A stretch of DNA of 64,000 nucleotides, taken from IMG/VR virus record IMGVR_UViG_3300036790_000468, positions 32,001-96,000 of that record; one strand, written 5' to 3'. This document shows, one piece after another, positions 1-9,096 of this stretch. A model generated the notes under the pieces. The model saw only the letters and a program-made list of their open reading frames with translations, made no database searches and had not been told where the DNA came from. The stretch is from a virus. Position 1 is the first letter of the stretch. The number at the start of each line of letters is the position of its first letter. The position numbers and the translations under genes were made by a program.

Positions 1-176
1 TAGAACAACCCATGCCGAGGTTCCGCGTCCGGGTCGCGCGGGGGCGGTGGCACGTACTGCGGCCACGTGACGACCGCGTGATGGTCGCCGTCGTGGCCCT
101 TCGGCAGGTCGCATTCGACGGTGAGCCCTTCGTAGGGGTCGCCTTCGAGGTCGCCGCAGAGCTCGGGCTCAGCCAC
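1..176 (-). CDS. Small phage protein with CxLxxGHxGxH motif, runs off the window
   Basis: Read manually: GTG start, AEPELCGDLEGDPYEGLTVECDLPKGHDGDHH. Confidence 0.55.
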   Translation of the reverse strand, partial: MAEPELCGDLEGDPYEGLTVECDLPKGHDGDHHAVVTWPQYVPPPPRDPDAEPRHGLF

Positions 177-330
177 GACGCGGCCTCTTCCCACGGTGGA
201 TGAGCACCACGAGCATCCCCGTCCACCAGCACAGCGTGAAGCCGCACAAGCCGTGTCCGGGATTCCAGGCGCGGCCGATCGGCAGCCAGCGGCGTTGCGT
301 CGGCTTGACGCGGATCACCTCGAGGTACAT
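169..330 (-). CDS. Small hypothetical protein (53 aa)
   Basis: Fills the gap in a tightly packed operon; MYLEVIRVKP... Confidence 0.45.
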   Translation of the reverse strand: MYLEVIRVKPTQRRWLPIGRAWNPGHGLCGFTLCWWTGMLVVLIHRGKRPRRG

Positions 331-331
331 G

Positions 332-691
332 TTAGGCCGCTGCTGTGATGGCGCGCTGCCCGGTGGTCAGTTCCGCGTCCTCGACGATCTCAGCGTCCAC
401 CACGTCATCGGTGGGGTGTGCCGCGTCCCATGCCGCCAGGTCGTCCCCGAAGCGCTTGATCTCCTCGACGACGCTCATGGGCACGTCGGTACAAACGATG
501 TGGGTGAACGCGAGCGGTGAGCGCCACGTCGTGAGCGTCATATGGGTGGGGATGGCCGCGAGCTCTACCTCGCCGATCTCGATCTGCTGCTCGCCTGTGC
601 GTGCGATCAGGATGCCGATGATCTGCTGGAGCGCTTGGATGCGCTCGTAGGGATCGGGTGCGTTGAGGAGGCTGGCCACGTCACCCGCCAC
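332..691 (-). CDS. Hypothetical phage protein
   Basis: Operon packing; globular composition. Confidence 0.7.
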   Translation of the reverse strand: MAGDVASLLNAPDPYERIQALQQIIGILIARTGEQQIEIGEVELAAIPTHMTLTTWRSPLAFTHIVCTDVPMSVVEEIKRFGDDLAAWDAAHPTDDVVDAEIVEDAELTTGQRAITAAA

Positions 692-1085
692 CCATCTGTG
701 GGGGTGTGTTGCCGTTGCCGAGGATGATGCCGCTCGCCGTGCGCCCCGGGATCACCGGCCCGTTCTGCAGCTGCAGATGGCAGCGTGCGAGGGAGCGGCC
801 TTCGACCACGAACTCGGCCGGAGTGATGGCCGGAAGCAGCTCGCCGGGGATGCCCTGCTGCTCGGCCTGGATCCGCTGGAGCACGCAGCCGAAGCAGGAG
901 AGGCCCGCGACACCCGGTTCGGCGGTGACGGCCGCGCCCATGGAGTCGACGAACGCGCGGATCTGGTCGAGCGACGCGGCGAGCGTGACGTAGGGGCGTT
1001 CGCTGGTGGAGGCGGCGGTGACGGCGTTGCGCAGCGCGGTGGAGATCTCGGCGAGCGCGCCGGTGAACTCGGCCGGGGTCGTCAC
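681..1085 (-). CDS. Hypothetical phage protein (CxxC...CH)
   Basis: GTG start overlaps the upstream stop. Confidence 0.65.
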   Translation of the reverse strand: MTTPAEFTGALAEISTALRNAVTAASTSERPYVTLAASLDQIRAFVDSMGAAVTAEPGVAGLSCFGCVLQRIQAEQQGIPGELLPAITPAEFVVEGRSLARCHLQLQNGPVIPGRTASGIILGNGNTPPQMGGG

Positions 1086-1345
1086 GAGCGCTCCACCTCC
1101 CGCGCACTGACCTGGCCGCCCCGTTCGATCGCTTCCACCAGATGGGAGCGGATCATCAGGACGGTGCCCTCGACGTCGTCGAAGATGTAGCAGCCTTCTG
1201 ACTCGCGGAAGGCCGCCGCCTCGACGGTGCGGCACTCGCGACCGAGGGTCTGCGGCTCGGAGAGGGTGCCGTCAGGCATCAGCCACGGCTTCGGGGGCGC
1301 GAGGTCGATGCGGTACCGGTAGACCGGGATGCGCGCAGTGGACAT
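1082..1345 (-). CDS. Hypothetical phage protein
   Basis: C-terminal part of the 1082..2041 ORF; start at 1345 or 1381. Confidence 0.6.
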   Translation of the reverse strand: MSTARIPVYRYRIDLAPPKPWLMPDGTLSEPQTLGRECRTVEAAAFRESEGCYIFDDVEGTVLMIRSHLVEAIERGGQVSAREVERS

Positions 1346-1377
1346 GATTCGAACCTTTGTTCGGGTGGCTGGTGGAT

Positions 1378-2640
1378 TCACGATACCGCCGCGAGCGGAC
1401 GGCGCAGAGTGCCTTCCCACGCGTTCCTGGTCGTGTACAGGCCGTACCTGAGGGCGTCCGCGCCGTGGTCGTTGACCTTCAGCGGCTTGTCCTCGCCGAG
1501 CTTCTGCGCGGCCGCGTCCCACGAGTAGCCGGCCAGCTCCCCGATCAGGTGCGGGCACGCGCGGGAGATCCGCAGCTGGTCGTTGGACAGCAGCGTCGCC
1601 ACCGTGCGGATCCCGTCGAGCACGTCGTTGAGCGCGGCCCACGACGCCATCCCGTCGCGCTGCAGCTGCGCCCGGAACGAGGCCGCGGAGGGGTCGACGA
1701 CGATGTACTCGACTTCTGGGCCCGTGTACTCGGTGCCGGGGATGGGGATCGTCGGCAGCCATGCGCGCAGGGCGGCGGAGTACTCGGCGTCGGTCATCTG
1801 CCGGTGCGCGGTCCTCGAGTCGTGCCGGTACTCGGCGAGGACGTACAGGCGCTTGTCGACGCCGACGCCGAGCAGGACGGCGTGGCAGGGGTTGCTGGTG
1901 CCGTAGTCGACGCCGACGCACAGCCAGCGTTCGATGAACGGCAGATCCTGCGGCTCGAGGGTGTGGACGTCGAGGTCGAACATGTCGTAGATCGCGCCCT
2001 CCGCCAGGACCCACAGGCCGTCTACGAACCGTTTGCGCCACAGGCCCGTGTATTGGCGGCGCAGGTAGGCGACGTAGGAGGGGTCGAGGAAGGGGTTGTC
2101 GTCGAGGGTGAAATGCCAGGATCGGATGTCGGGGTCTGGGCGGTCGAGCCAGTCGCGTTTGAGCCAGTGGTTCGGGCCGTCCGGATTCGTGGTCGCGTAC
2201 AACTTCGCGCCGCGCACGGACATGCGGGCCACGAGCTGCTGGAACGTGCTCTCGGGCAAGATCGTCGCTTCGTCGACGAGCGCGCCGGCCACCGTCATGC
2301 CACGGACTTTCGCCTCGGACTGGATGTCGTTGGCACCGAGGACGTGGACCTGGCGCCCGAGGATGGTGGCGGAGTTGGCGCCGTCGGTGTAGGCGACGGT
2401 CTTGGCCAGCGCCCCGTAGAGCAGAGGGTCTTTCAGGACGTTGATGACGTTGCGGGCGATGGTTTCTTTGGTGCGGCCCATCATGACGAGTTCGCCGGAG
2501 GGCGGGGCGTGGCGGATGTGGTTGAACCAGGAGAAGTTCGCGCCCACGGATTTGCCGGAGCGGACGGCGCCTTCCCAGATGTTGATCCGCGCGCTGGCCT
2601 CGTCGATCGAGAGGGTCTGCTTGTCGGACAGGCCGCTCAC
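1378..2640 (-). CDS. terL: Terminase large subunit, PBSX-like (copy in the early region)
   Basis: Walker A INIWEGAVRSGKS, Walker B ALVDEA, ATTNP motif, nuclease motifs GVDYGTSNP and NDHGADALRY. Confidence 0.92.
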   Translation of the reverse strand: MSGLSDKQTLSIDEASARINIWEGAVRSGKSVGANFSWFNHIRHAPPSGELVMMGRTKETIARNVINVLKDPLLYGALAKTVAYTDGANSATILGRQVHVLGANDIQSEAKVRGMTVAGALVDEATILPESTFQQLVARMSVRGAKLYATTNPDGPNHWLKRDWLDRPDPDIRSWHFTLDDNPFLDPSYVAYLRRQYTGLWRKRFVDGLWVLAEGAIYDMFDLDVHTLEPQDLPFIERWLCVGVDYGTSNPCHAVLLGVGVDKRLYVLAEYRHDSRTAHRQMTDAEYSAALRAWLPTIPIPGTEYTGPEVEYIVVDPSAASFRAQLQRDGMASWAALNDVLDGIRTVATLLSNDQLRISRACPHLIGELAGYSWDAAAQKLGEDKPLKVNDHGADALRYGLYTTRNAWEGTLRRPLAAVS

Positions 2641-3131
2641 GTAGTGTCGCGGATCTCGGCCGCGCGTTCGGCGACGGCGTCCATGAACCCGTCGAGGACC
2701 GAGACGGCGTCGGACAGGCCGCCGTCGGAGTCCTGCGCGACCAGGCGCAGGTGCGTCGCCATGAGGGACGAGAGGGCGCCGGAGAACTGGCGCATCTCCC
2801 CGGCCGGCGGGAGGGGGTGGGTGCGATGCCGGTATTCGCCGTCCTTGCCGAACCAGCCGAAGCTCAAGTATTCGCTGCCCATCCGGTCGGCTAGTTGGTC
2901 GACGATGGTCAGGAGGCGCTCGCTGATCGCGGCCCGGCGTGCCGCGGCGTCCAGCTGGTGGGCTTGGACGGCCGCGGCCGTCTGTGTGCGCTCGAACGAG
3001 CCGGGGCGCGCGTATTTGTGCACAGTGGAGGGGGAAACGTGCAGTTCGCGGGCGATCGAGGAGAGGGATCGGCCGTCAGCGGCGAGGTGCCGGATGGTCT
3101 CGATCTTCTTCGCGCTGAGCGCGCTGGGCAT
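2637..3131 (-). CDS. terS: HTH protein, probable terminase small subunit
   Basis: N-terminal HTH (GRSLSSIARELHVSPSTVHKY), helical C-terminus, 4-bp overlap with terL. Confidence 0.75.
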   Translation of the reverse strand: MPSALSAKKIETIRHLAADGRSLSSIARELHVSPSTVHKYARPGSFERTQTAAAVQAHQLDAAARRAAISERLLTIVDQLADRMGSEYLSFGWFGKDGEYRHRTHPLPPAGEMRQFSGALSSLMATHLRLVAQDSDGGLSDAVSVLDGFMDAVAERAAEIRDTT

Positions 3132-3181
3132 CCGGCCTCCCGTGCGTCCAGGCTGGCGAAGGTTCGAACATTTGATCGATT

Positions 3182-3634
3182 CTACGTCGTGGCGGTTGTC
3201 GGTGGCTGCCGTTGTCGGGGGCTTTCTGGCGTCTGACTGGCTGCGGTGGACGCTGGCGGTGTGTGCGCGCCGTGGCGGCCTGTCTCCGGGCCGTCCTGGG
3301 GGTGTGGTGGCGGATCGGCGGTGAGCGTGTCGCCGTCGAGCGCATGGAGGACTTGCGCGATGGTCCAGTTGGTGTTGTCGAGCTGGTTGATCGCGGCCTG
3401 GTGCCAGTCCTCGGCGACAGCGCGGACGGCCGTCAGCGTGCTGCGTGCCTCGTCGAGTTCGTGGAGCACCTCGCGCAGGTCGGCGTGCGTGAGTTCGAGC
3501 CACGACGGCCCTTCGAGCCCGAGCCGGGGTTGGGTGACGATGGGGATGGCGAGCAGTTCCGGCTTGTCCCAGCGCTCTGCCCACTGTTCGCGGATGTCGA
3601 GGTATGCGGTGATGCGGTCTGCGGCGGTGGTCAC
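3182..3634 (-). CDS. Hypothetical phage protein
   Basis: GTG start coupled to the upstream stop. Confidence 0.6.
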   Translation of the reverse strand: MTTAADRITAYLDIREQWAERWDKPELLAIPIVTQPRLGLEGPSWLELTHADLREVLHELDEARSTLTAVRAVAEDWHQAAINQLDNTNWTIAQVLHALDGDTLTADPPPHPQDGPETGRHGAHTPPASTAASQTPESPRQRQPPTTATT

Positions 3635-4002
3635 CGGCCACCGGCCCGGGTGAGGTTGCCGATGTGCTCGACGGCGAGGCCGAGTTTCGCCTTCAGGTCG
3701 TCGATCTCCTTGAGGGCGCTGTTGAGCCGCAGTTTCGTGTGGCTGAGTTCTCCGAGCTGGCGCCCGACGATGCGTGTCGCGTCGGCGAGTTCGCGGTTGA
3801 GCCGCTCGACTTCGGCGACGTTGGCGCGATACCGCTCGGAGACGATCGCGAGGGCTTCGGTGTCGTCTTGGATCCGCTTGTTGAGCCGGCCGATCTCGTC
3901 GAGCAGCTCGGCGCGCTGGACGAGCAGTTCGACGCGGGTAACGGTCCAGGGGTCTGTCGCGTGAATCTCGGCGATCCGCTGCCCGCTGATCGGCGCGGTC
4001 AC
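3631..4002 (-). CDS. Coiled-coil phage protein
   Basis: Heptad-rich sequence; coupled start/stop. Confidence 0.65.
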   Translation of the reverse strand: MTAPISGQRIAEIHATDPWTVTRVELLVQRAELLDEIGRLNKRIQDDTEALAIVSERYRANVAEVERLNRELADATRIVGRQLGELSHTKLRLNSALKEIDDLKAKLGLAVEHIGNLTRAGGR

Positions 4003-4397
4003 GACGCACCACCAGCGGCGGCAAGGCGCGCGATCCGCTGGTACTTCTCGGGAGTGGTGTGGCCATCCCAGATGGTGGAGTCGTCGCGTTCGACGTGCTC
4101 GAACAGGCTCAGGTCGTTCTCGCCGACGTGCCACGAGCACTGGCCGGTGGGGAGCTCGACGTAGACGACGACCCAGCCGGGCTCGCTGGCGTCGCCGTAG
4201 TTCCAGGTCGACGGGTAGAGCGCGGCGAGCAGCGCGACGAGGTGGGCGCGCTCGCGGTAGGCGCCGTTCGTGGCGTTGATCTGCTGGCCGAGCTCGTCAT
4301 AGGCGGTCTCCCACTCCCCGTACCAGTATTCGATCTGCTGGTCGGGGGTCTTGATGTCGTGGGGTTCGAGGGCGAGTCGGTCGGCGTGGTCGGTCAC
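3999..4397 (-). CDS. WDGH-motif phage protein
   Basis: YRERAHLVAL...LPTGQCSWH...WDGHTTPEKYQRI. Confidence 0.7.
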   Translation of the reverse strand: MTDHADRLALEPHDIKTPDQQIEYWYGEWETAYDELGQQINATNGAYRERAHLVALLAALYPSTWNYGDASEPGWVVVYVELPTGQCSWHVGENDLSLFEHVERDDSTIWDGHTTPEKYQRIARLAAAGGAS

Positions 4398-4648
4398 GGC
4401 TGATTCCTGTCGGTGTCGGGGGTGGTTCGCGGGTCGCTGACGAGCCAGTATCCGCGCAGCCCTCGGTGGTTGTTGTGGCTGATCTTCAGGCCGAAGACGA
4501 CCTCGGTGGCGGGATCGTCGGCGCAGGTGACGACGGTGCAGTAGGCGTGCCGGGTGTCCGTGCGCTCGATGCGGATGGTGCGGCCCTTGTTGCCGGTGTG
4601 GGTGTCGGCCCAGATCTGGCCGCGGCGGACGCCGTCGGGGGCGTTCAT
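4394..4648 (-). CDS. Small SH3-like hypothetical protein
   Basis: VRRGQIWAD...GRTIRIER; coupled start/stop. Confidence 0.6.
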   Translation of the reverse strand: MNAPDGVRRGQIWADTHTGNKGRTIRIERTDTRHAYCTVVTCADDPATEVVFGLKISHNNHRGLRGYWLVSDPRTTPDTDRNQP

Positions 4649-5070
4649 GCCCGGTTCCCGCCGTTGGTGTCGTGCTCGGCCAGCCATGCGCGCGCTTCGG
4701 CGGTGCCGCACTTGCCGGGCTCGCTGCCAGCGGTGAAGTGCGCCTGGCAGTCGCCGCGGTAGAACACGCAGTCGTCGTCCTGGTGGTCGACGAGGCGGCG
4801 CAGGTGCGTGAACGCCTCGACGAGGTCGCCCGGCCGCACCCGGAAGGTGCCGTCTTCGGCGCGCTCGATCCAGTCGCCCGGGTTGGCGGTAGCGGTGCCC
4901 ATGGGGGTCTTGATGAGCATGATGGGGGTCGCGTACATGAGCATGACGGGGGTCGTGTACATCACCTCGTTGGCGAGGGCGTAGGTGTCGCCGCAGGCCT
5001 TCATCCACGCGAGGATCTCGAAATAGTCCTCGACGGTGCTGAACTGCATGGCGCCGGTCTGGCCGGTCAT
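4645..5070 (-). CDS. Hypothetical phage protein
   Basis: IKTPMGTATANPGDWIER motif typical of small phage proteins; GGAG RBS. Confidence 0.65.
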   Translation of the reverse strand: MTGQTGAMQFSTVEDYFEILAWMKACGDTYALANEVMYTTPVMLMYATPIMLIKTPMGTATANPGDWIERAEDGTFRVRPGDLVEAFTHLRRLVDHQDDDCVFYRGDCQAHFTAGSEPGKCGTAEARAWLAEHDTNGGNRA

Positions 5071-5081
5071 GCGCTGCTCCT

Positions 5082-5118
5082 GTCGGTGGTCGGTGGTCGG
5101 TGGTCGGTGGTGTCGGTG
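5082..5118. repeat. Intergenic 7-bp tandem repeat (GTCGGTG)x4 plus one offset copy
   Basis: Read directly. Confidence 0.8.
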
Positions 5119-5127
5119 CGGCCGGGG

Positions 5128-5601
5128 TCAGCCGGCGGCGCGGGCGTTGTCGCGTTCGATGAACGCGGGGTCGTCGAGCCGCCTGAGCCACGCGGCTTTC
5201 GTGCGGACGGCGGTGACAGAGCGGCCGAACTCTGCCGCGGCCCGCTCCCACCGCTCCCGGGTCAGCGGGCCGGCCGTCGCCTCCTTGAGCCGCGCAATCT
5301 CCTCGGGCGTCCAGACGCGGCCCTGCTGCGGGTGGTGCGCGCGCCGCTGCCTCAGCCACTCCGCGAACGTCGGGCGGTCCACGAACCAGGCGTGAGTGCG
5401 GTAGTAGCAGCGCTCGAGCCGGAACACCTCCTCGTCGCCGACGAGGAACACGACCGCGTCCGGCAACTGCGCGACCGTGTCGGCGCGCAGGATCAGCTCG
5501 CCCTCGGTCAGCGCTGGCTGGCTGGTCTGGGCCGTGTCGGTCAGGCGCACGCGCACCCAACTGCGGGTGCCGGCCTCGGCGGCCCGGGGCTTAGGAGCCA
5601 T
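5128..5601 (-). CDS. Hypothetical protein with C-terminal Myb/HTH-like domain
   Basis: WTPEEIARL...AAEFGRSVTAVRTKA. Confidence 0.6.
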   Translation of the reverse strand: MAPKPRAAEAGTRSWVRVRLTDTAQTSQPALTEGELILRADTVAQLPDAVVFLVGDEEVFRLERCYYRTHAWFVDRPTFAEWLRQRRAHHPQQGRVWTPEEIARLKEATAGPLTRERWERAAAEFGRSVTAVRTKAAWLRRLDDPAFIERDNARAAG

Positions 5602-6112
5602 CGGTCTCTCCCTCGGGGGTCGGGACCTGCGGGGCGACCCAGGGGCGCCCGGCTGCGGCGAGGCGCACCAGGAGAGCGATGGCGTCGTTCAGCTCGTGCT
5701 GGGTCTCCGCCTCGGGTCGGGTCTCGTCGATGATGCGGGTGACGAACGCCTGCCAGATGCTGAAACGCAGCTCCTCGTCGTCGTTGAGAGTGGCGGTCAG
5801 AAATCGGCTGACGAACGCGGCCGCGGGGTCGGTGTCGATCGGCACCGGCCGGGGCGGCTCCCCGGCGGTGATGATCGGGGTCCAGGTCGCGCCAGGCTTC
5901 GCCTCGTACTGCACGGCGGCGAGCGCGAGGTGCGCGAACACTGCGGTGGCGGCGTAGACCTCCGGTTCGCTCAGCTCGCCCAGGCCGCGGATCGCTGCTG
6001 TGGCGCGGTCCTGATCGCCTTCGGCGGTGGCGTCGACGGCGTCGAGTGCGAGGTCCGCGCCCTTGAACATCTCGGTGATGCGCTCGGGACCTGTTGGGGG
6101 GTCGATATCCAT
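5591..6112 (-). CDS. Hypothetical phage protein
   Basis: Operon packing, RBS. Confidence 0.65.
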   Translation of the reverse strand: MDIDPPTGPERITEMFKGADLALDAVDATAEGDQDRATAAIRGLGELSEPEVYAATAVFAHLALAAVQYEAKPGATWTPIITAGEPPRPVPIDTDPAAAFVSRFLTATLNDDEELRFSIWQAFVTRIIDETRPEAETQHELNDAIALLVRLAAAGRPWVAPQVPTPEGETDGS

Positions 6113-6128
6113 AGAAGGATCCTTGTAA

Positions 6129-6377
6129 CTAGAAAAGGGGTATCGGGGTGAACCAGGCGCAGGCGGGGGTGGCCGGCGGGAGGTTCGGGCCGCCGCGGGG
6201 TGGCTTTGCCGCGGCGCACTTCGTGCGCATGGTGCCGTCCGCGCGGGTGCGGGTCTGCAGGAGGGCGCACTGGCCGCAGTGCGCGTCGGGCAGTATCGGC
6301 GCGAGGGTGGAGGGGTGGGCGCCGGTGGCCAGGACGCGGGTGAGGCGGTGGCCCAGGGGTATCGGGGAGGGGATCAT
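6129..6377 (-). CDS. Small Cys-rich phage protein
   Basis: CGQC...KC...PACAW. Confidence 0.55.
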   Translation of the reverse strand: MIPSPIPLGHRLTRVLATGAHPSTLAPILPDAHCGQCALLQTRTRADGTMRTKCAAAKPPRGGPNLPPATPACAWFTPIPLF

Positions 6378-6841
6378 CGGGCAGCCGCCGTTCGCGGGAC
6401 CTGGCGGCGCCGAAGAGTGATCAGGCCGACGTTGAAGCCGATGCGTACCGCGTGGGCCCGCGAGCGCGCGCCGAGTGTTTCGCAGGCCAGGCGCAGGTGT
6501 GTCTTGACCGTCCAGGTGCTCAGGCATAGCCGCTCAGCGACCTGCGCGTTCGTCAGGCCGAGGGGGAGCAGTACCACGACCTGGCGCTGCCGGGGCGGCA
6601 GAGGCGTGCCGAGATCCTGGTGCTCGGCGACGAGCTGGCCGGTCTTGTACGCGTAGCCGACCAGTCCCGCGCGCGTGGCGACGCCGGCCTCGGCGAAGAG
6701 GGTCTTGAGCCGGGCCTTGACGCAGTACTCGGTCATGCCCAGGCGCACCCCGATCTGGTGGCTCGTGAGGCCGTCAGCGATCAAGTCGGTGATCTCAAGG
6801 TCAATGGCTGCGAGGCGCGGACCCGCACTGGTCTGGATCAT
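6374..6841 (-). CDS. Tandem LuxR-type HTH transcriptional regulator
   Basis: Two LuxR HTHs: LIADGLTSHQIGVRLGMTEYCVK and GLTNAQVAERLCLSTWTVKTH. Confidence 0.85.
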   Translation of the reverse strand: MIQTSAGPRLAAIDLEITDLIADGLTSHQIGVRLGMTEYCVKARLKTLFAEAGVATRAGLVGYAYKTGQLVAEHQDLGTPLPPRQRQVVVLLPLGLTNAQVAERLCLSTWTVKTHLRLACETLGARSRAHAVRIGFNVGLITLRRRQVPRTAAAR

Positions 6842-7194
6842 CTGGTCGCGTCCTTCGCGGCAGCACTGTCCTTGATCAGCCTTCTGCGCTGGCGCCAGGT
6901 CAAGCCGCCGAAGATCCCCCACGGGAGCTGCGCGGCCACGGCCTCGCGCAGGCACTCCAGACGTACCGGGCAGCTCTCGCAGATCGCCTTCGCCAGTTCG
7001 GCGTCCGGGTTGAACCTCCGGCGCTGGCTCTTCGCCGGCAGGCTCGCCGCGCGCCGGCCGTCGAACCACATCTCCGGGTCGCGGCCGCGGCAGGCGGCGC
7101 GGGTGACCCAGTGCGCGCTCTCGGAGGGGCGCCGCTCGTTGTCGGCTCGCAGCGCGTTCTTGCCGGGCCGCGCGGGCATGACCGCGGCGGTCAC
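6838..7194 (-). CDS. whiB: WhiB family transcription factor
   Basis: WVTRAAC...AKAICESCPVRLEC...WGIFGGLT: four Cys plus G-I-(F/W)-G-G turn. Confidence 0.92.
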   Translation of the reverse strand: MTAAVMPARPGKNALRADNERRPSESAHWVTRAACRGRDPEMWFDGRRAASLPAKSQRRRFNPDAELAKAICESCPVRLECLREAVAAQLPWGIFGGLTWRQRRRLIKDSAAAKDATR

Positions 7195-7604
7195 TGTTCG
7201 GCTCCAATCCGCTCGCCGCGCATGATCCGGGTGATGCGAGGGATATCCGCGGGGCGCCAGAGCGCGGCCTCGGCGCCGCAGGCCGCGAGGGCGGTGAGCC
7301 ATTCGACCTGGGCGGGCGAGACGGCGCCGGTCTCGGTCTTGAGCTCGGCGTAGATGATGCGGCGCTGGAGCGGGTTGACCAGGACAAGGTCGGGGAATCC
7401 GCGCTCGGAGTTGCGCGAGTCGTGGGTGTGGTAGGTGAACCAGCCAGTGAGCTGGGCGATCTGGCGGACCTGCTCGAGGAACTGGGCCTCGGTCAGGTGC
7501 CCGGCCAGGCGCGCGCGGACCGTGGCCGGGCTGCGTCGGCCGCGCGGCGCCGGCTCCTGCGGGGGCGCCGGCGCCTCGGCGGCCGGCGGGGTGTCTGCCT
7601 GCAT
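7191..7604 (-). CDS. VRR-NUC domain nuclease
   Basis: TEAQF...GFPDLVLV...YAELK...SPAQVEW. Confidence 0.88.
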   Translation of the reverse strand: MQADTPPAAEAPAPPQEPAPRGRRSPATVRARLAGHLTEAQFLEQVRQIAQLTGWFTYHTHDSRNSERGFPDLVLVNPLQRRIIYAELKTETGAVSPAQVEWLTALAACGAEAALWRPADIPRITRIMRGERIGAEQ

Positions 7605-7605
7605 G

Positions 7606-7884
7606 TCAATGTCCTTCCTGGGTGTGGCGGATGTTCGCCCGGGCGAGCACGGCCCAGTCGGTGGTCTCCGTGGTCGGTGCCGGTCGCTGCTCGGGCGGCA
7701 GCTGCCACTCGTTGGCGACCGGCTCGTCGGTGAAGGTGGGCCGGGTCAGGCTCACCCCGTGGGTCTTGGTGACCGCGGCGAGTTCGAGGGCGACGGCGTG
7801 GCACTTGGAGCGTGGGACGCCGTTGAGCTCGAGCACGCGCTCCCACGCGGCGATGACCTCGGTGCGTATGTCGCGGGTGCTCAC
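7606..7884 (-). CDS. Hypothetical phage protein
   Basis: GTG start coupled to the upstream stop. Confidence 0.55.
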   Translation of the reverse strand: MSTRDIRTEVIAAWERVLELNGVPRSKCHAVALELAAVTKTHGVSLTRPTFTDEPVANEWQLPPEQRPAPTTETTDWAVLARANIRHTQEGH

Positions 7885-8513
7885 GGGCCGTCCTCGGGTA
7901 TCGGGCGCCAGGCCTCGACGCCGTCGCAGATCACGAGGCTGTCCAGGGCGTCCTCCCAGCCGGGCCCGAACAGCCCGATGCCGGGGGTGCCGCGGTAGGA
8001 CTCGGCGAGCATGCAGTGGCGCTCCTCGGCCCAGCGCATCGGCGTCGGGTTGTCGTAGACGAGTCCGAGGATCTCGGTGCCGTCCTCGGGCGCGGTGCAC
8101 ATCTGGCGCCACGGCCCGGGCTGCAGGGAGTTCCACGCCTTGTGCAGCTGCTGGCGGCACGCGGCGCAGTTGCCCTCGTGCCGGGTGGCCGCGTTGCAGC
8201 ACGGGCACGGGTGGGGTTTGCCGGTCGGGTCGAGCGGGGTGTCCAGGGCGAAGGACTGGCGGCAGCCTTCGCACACGCCCTCGGGCAGCGTGGGGCCGCG
8301 CACCTCGATCGGCGCGTCGGGTACGACCGCGAGCCGGCCACAGCCGGTGCCCGCGAGGGTGCCGGGCCGCGGCGGCTGGCCGCCGAGCAGCAGCAGCACC
8401 GGGAACAGGTGGCGGGTCTCGGGGTCGGCGTCGGCGAAGGGGCTGTAGGGGTTCGGGTCCGCCGGCTCGTCGGCGGCCGGCGCGCCCGGGGCGGTGTCGG
8501 GCTGGGTCTGCAT
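7881..8513 (-). CDS. Cys-rich hypothetical phage protein
   Basis: Several CxxC motifs; C-terminal WRQMCTAPEDGTEIL...AWRPIP module. Confidence 0.65.
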   Translation of the reverse strand: MQTQPDTAPGAPAADEPADPNPYSPFADADPETRHLFPVLLLLGGQPPRPGTLAGTGCGRLAVVPDAPIEVRGPTLPEGVCEGCRQSFALDTPLDPTGKPHPCPCCNAATRHEGNCAACRQQLHKAWNSLQPGPWRQMCTAPEDGTEILGLVYDNPTPMRWAEERHCMLAESYRGTPGIGLFGPGWEDALDSLVICDGVEAWRPIPEDGP

Positions 8514-8552
8514 GGGTGTGCTCCAGATGGCCAGGGTTCGGGGGTGGGGCGG

Positions 8553-9095
8553 CTATGCCGCGGCGGCGGCCGCGACCGGTGCGGCCTCTGGGTCCTGCGG
8601 TGCCGGCAGTAGGCGCAGGCCCTCGGCGAGCGGGAACGAGGGGTAGACCGTGCCGTCGGGCATCGTGATCCGCCACGGCGCCGGGATCGGCTCGTAGGCG
8701 GTCCACTCGCAGCCGCGCACGGCGGGAGCCGGGGCCGGGCCGGTCGCGTCGTCGTTCTGCTCGGTGCCGGTCTCGGGCGTCTCGTCGGGCGCCCCCGGCT
8801 CGTCGTTGGGCTTGACCGCGGCGAGGTACCGGCCGAGGCACTCCTGGCCGACCCGGGAGCGCTTGTCGCGGGGGAACTCGGCCGCGGTGGCCACGTCGCC
8901 GCAGTTCGGGCAGGCGAACGCCCACTGCATCGGGTCGTCGCCGAACCTGCACCAAGCCTCGACGGCGAGCTCGGCCTGGGTCATCTCCCGGACCGCGACC
9001 GGCCGGCGGCGCGTGCCGGATCCCGTGGCCGGGACGGCGGCCGCGGTTTTGGCCGGCTGCTGGCTGCGTTGGCGGATCCTTGCCTTCGAGCTCAT
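8553..9095 (-). CDS. VVA0879-like phage protein
   Basis: RFGDDPMQWAFACPNCG...GQECLGRY...GCEWTAY. Confidence 0.7.
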   Translation of the reverse strand: MSSKARIRQRSQQPAKTAAAVPATGSGTRRRPVAVREMTQAELAVEAWCRFGDDPMQWAFACPNCGDVATAAEFPRDKRSRVGQECLGRYLAAVKPNDEPGAPDETPETGTEQNDDATGPAPAPAVRGCEWTAYEPIPAPWRITMPDGTVYPSFPLAEGLRLLPAPQDPEAAPVAAAAAA

Positions 9096-9096
9096 G

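Noticed and set aside
5082-5118. GTCGGTG tandem repeat as a phase-variation switch
   Set aside because: Intergenic, few copies and no visible promoter whose spacing it would alter.
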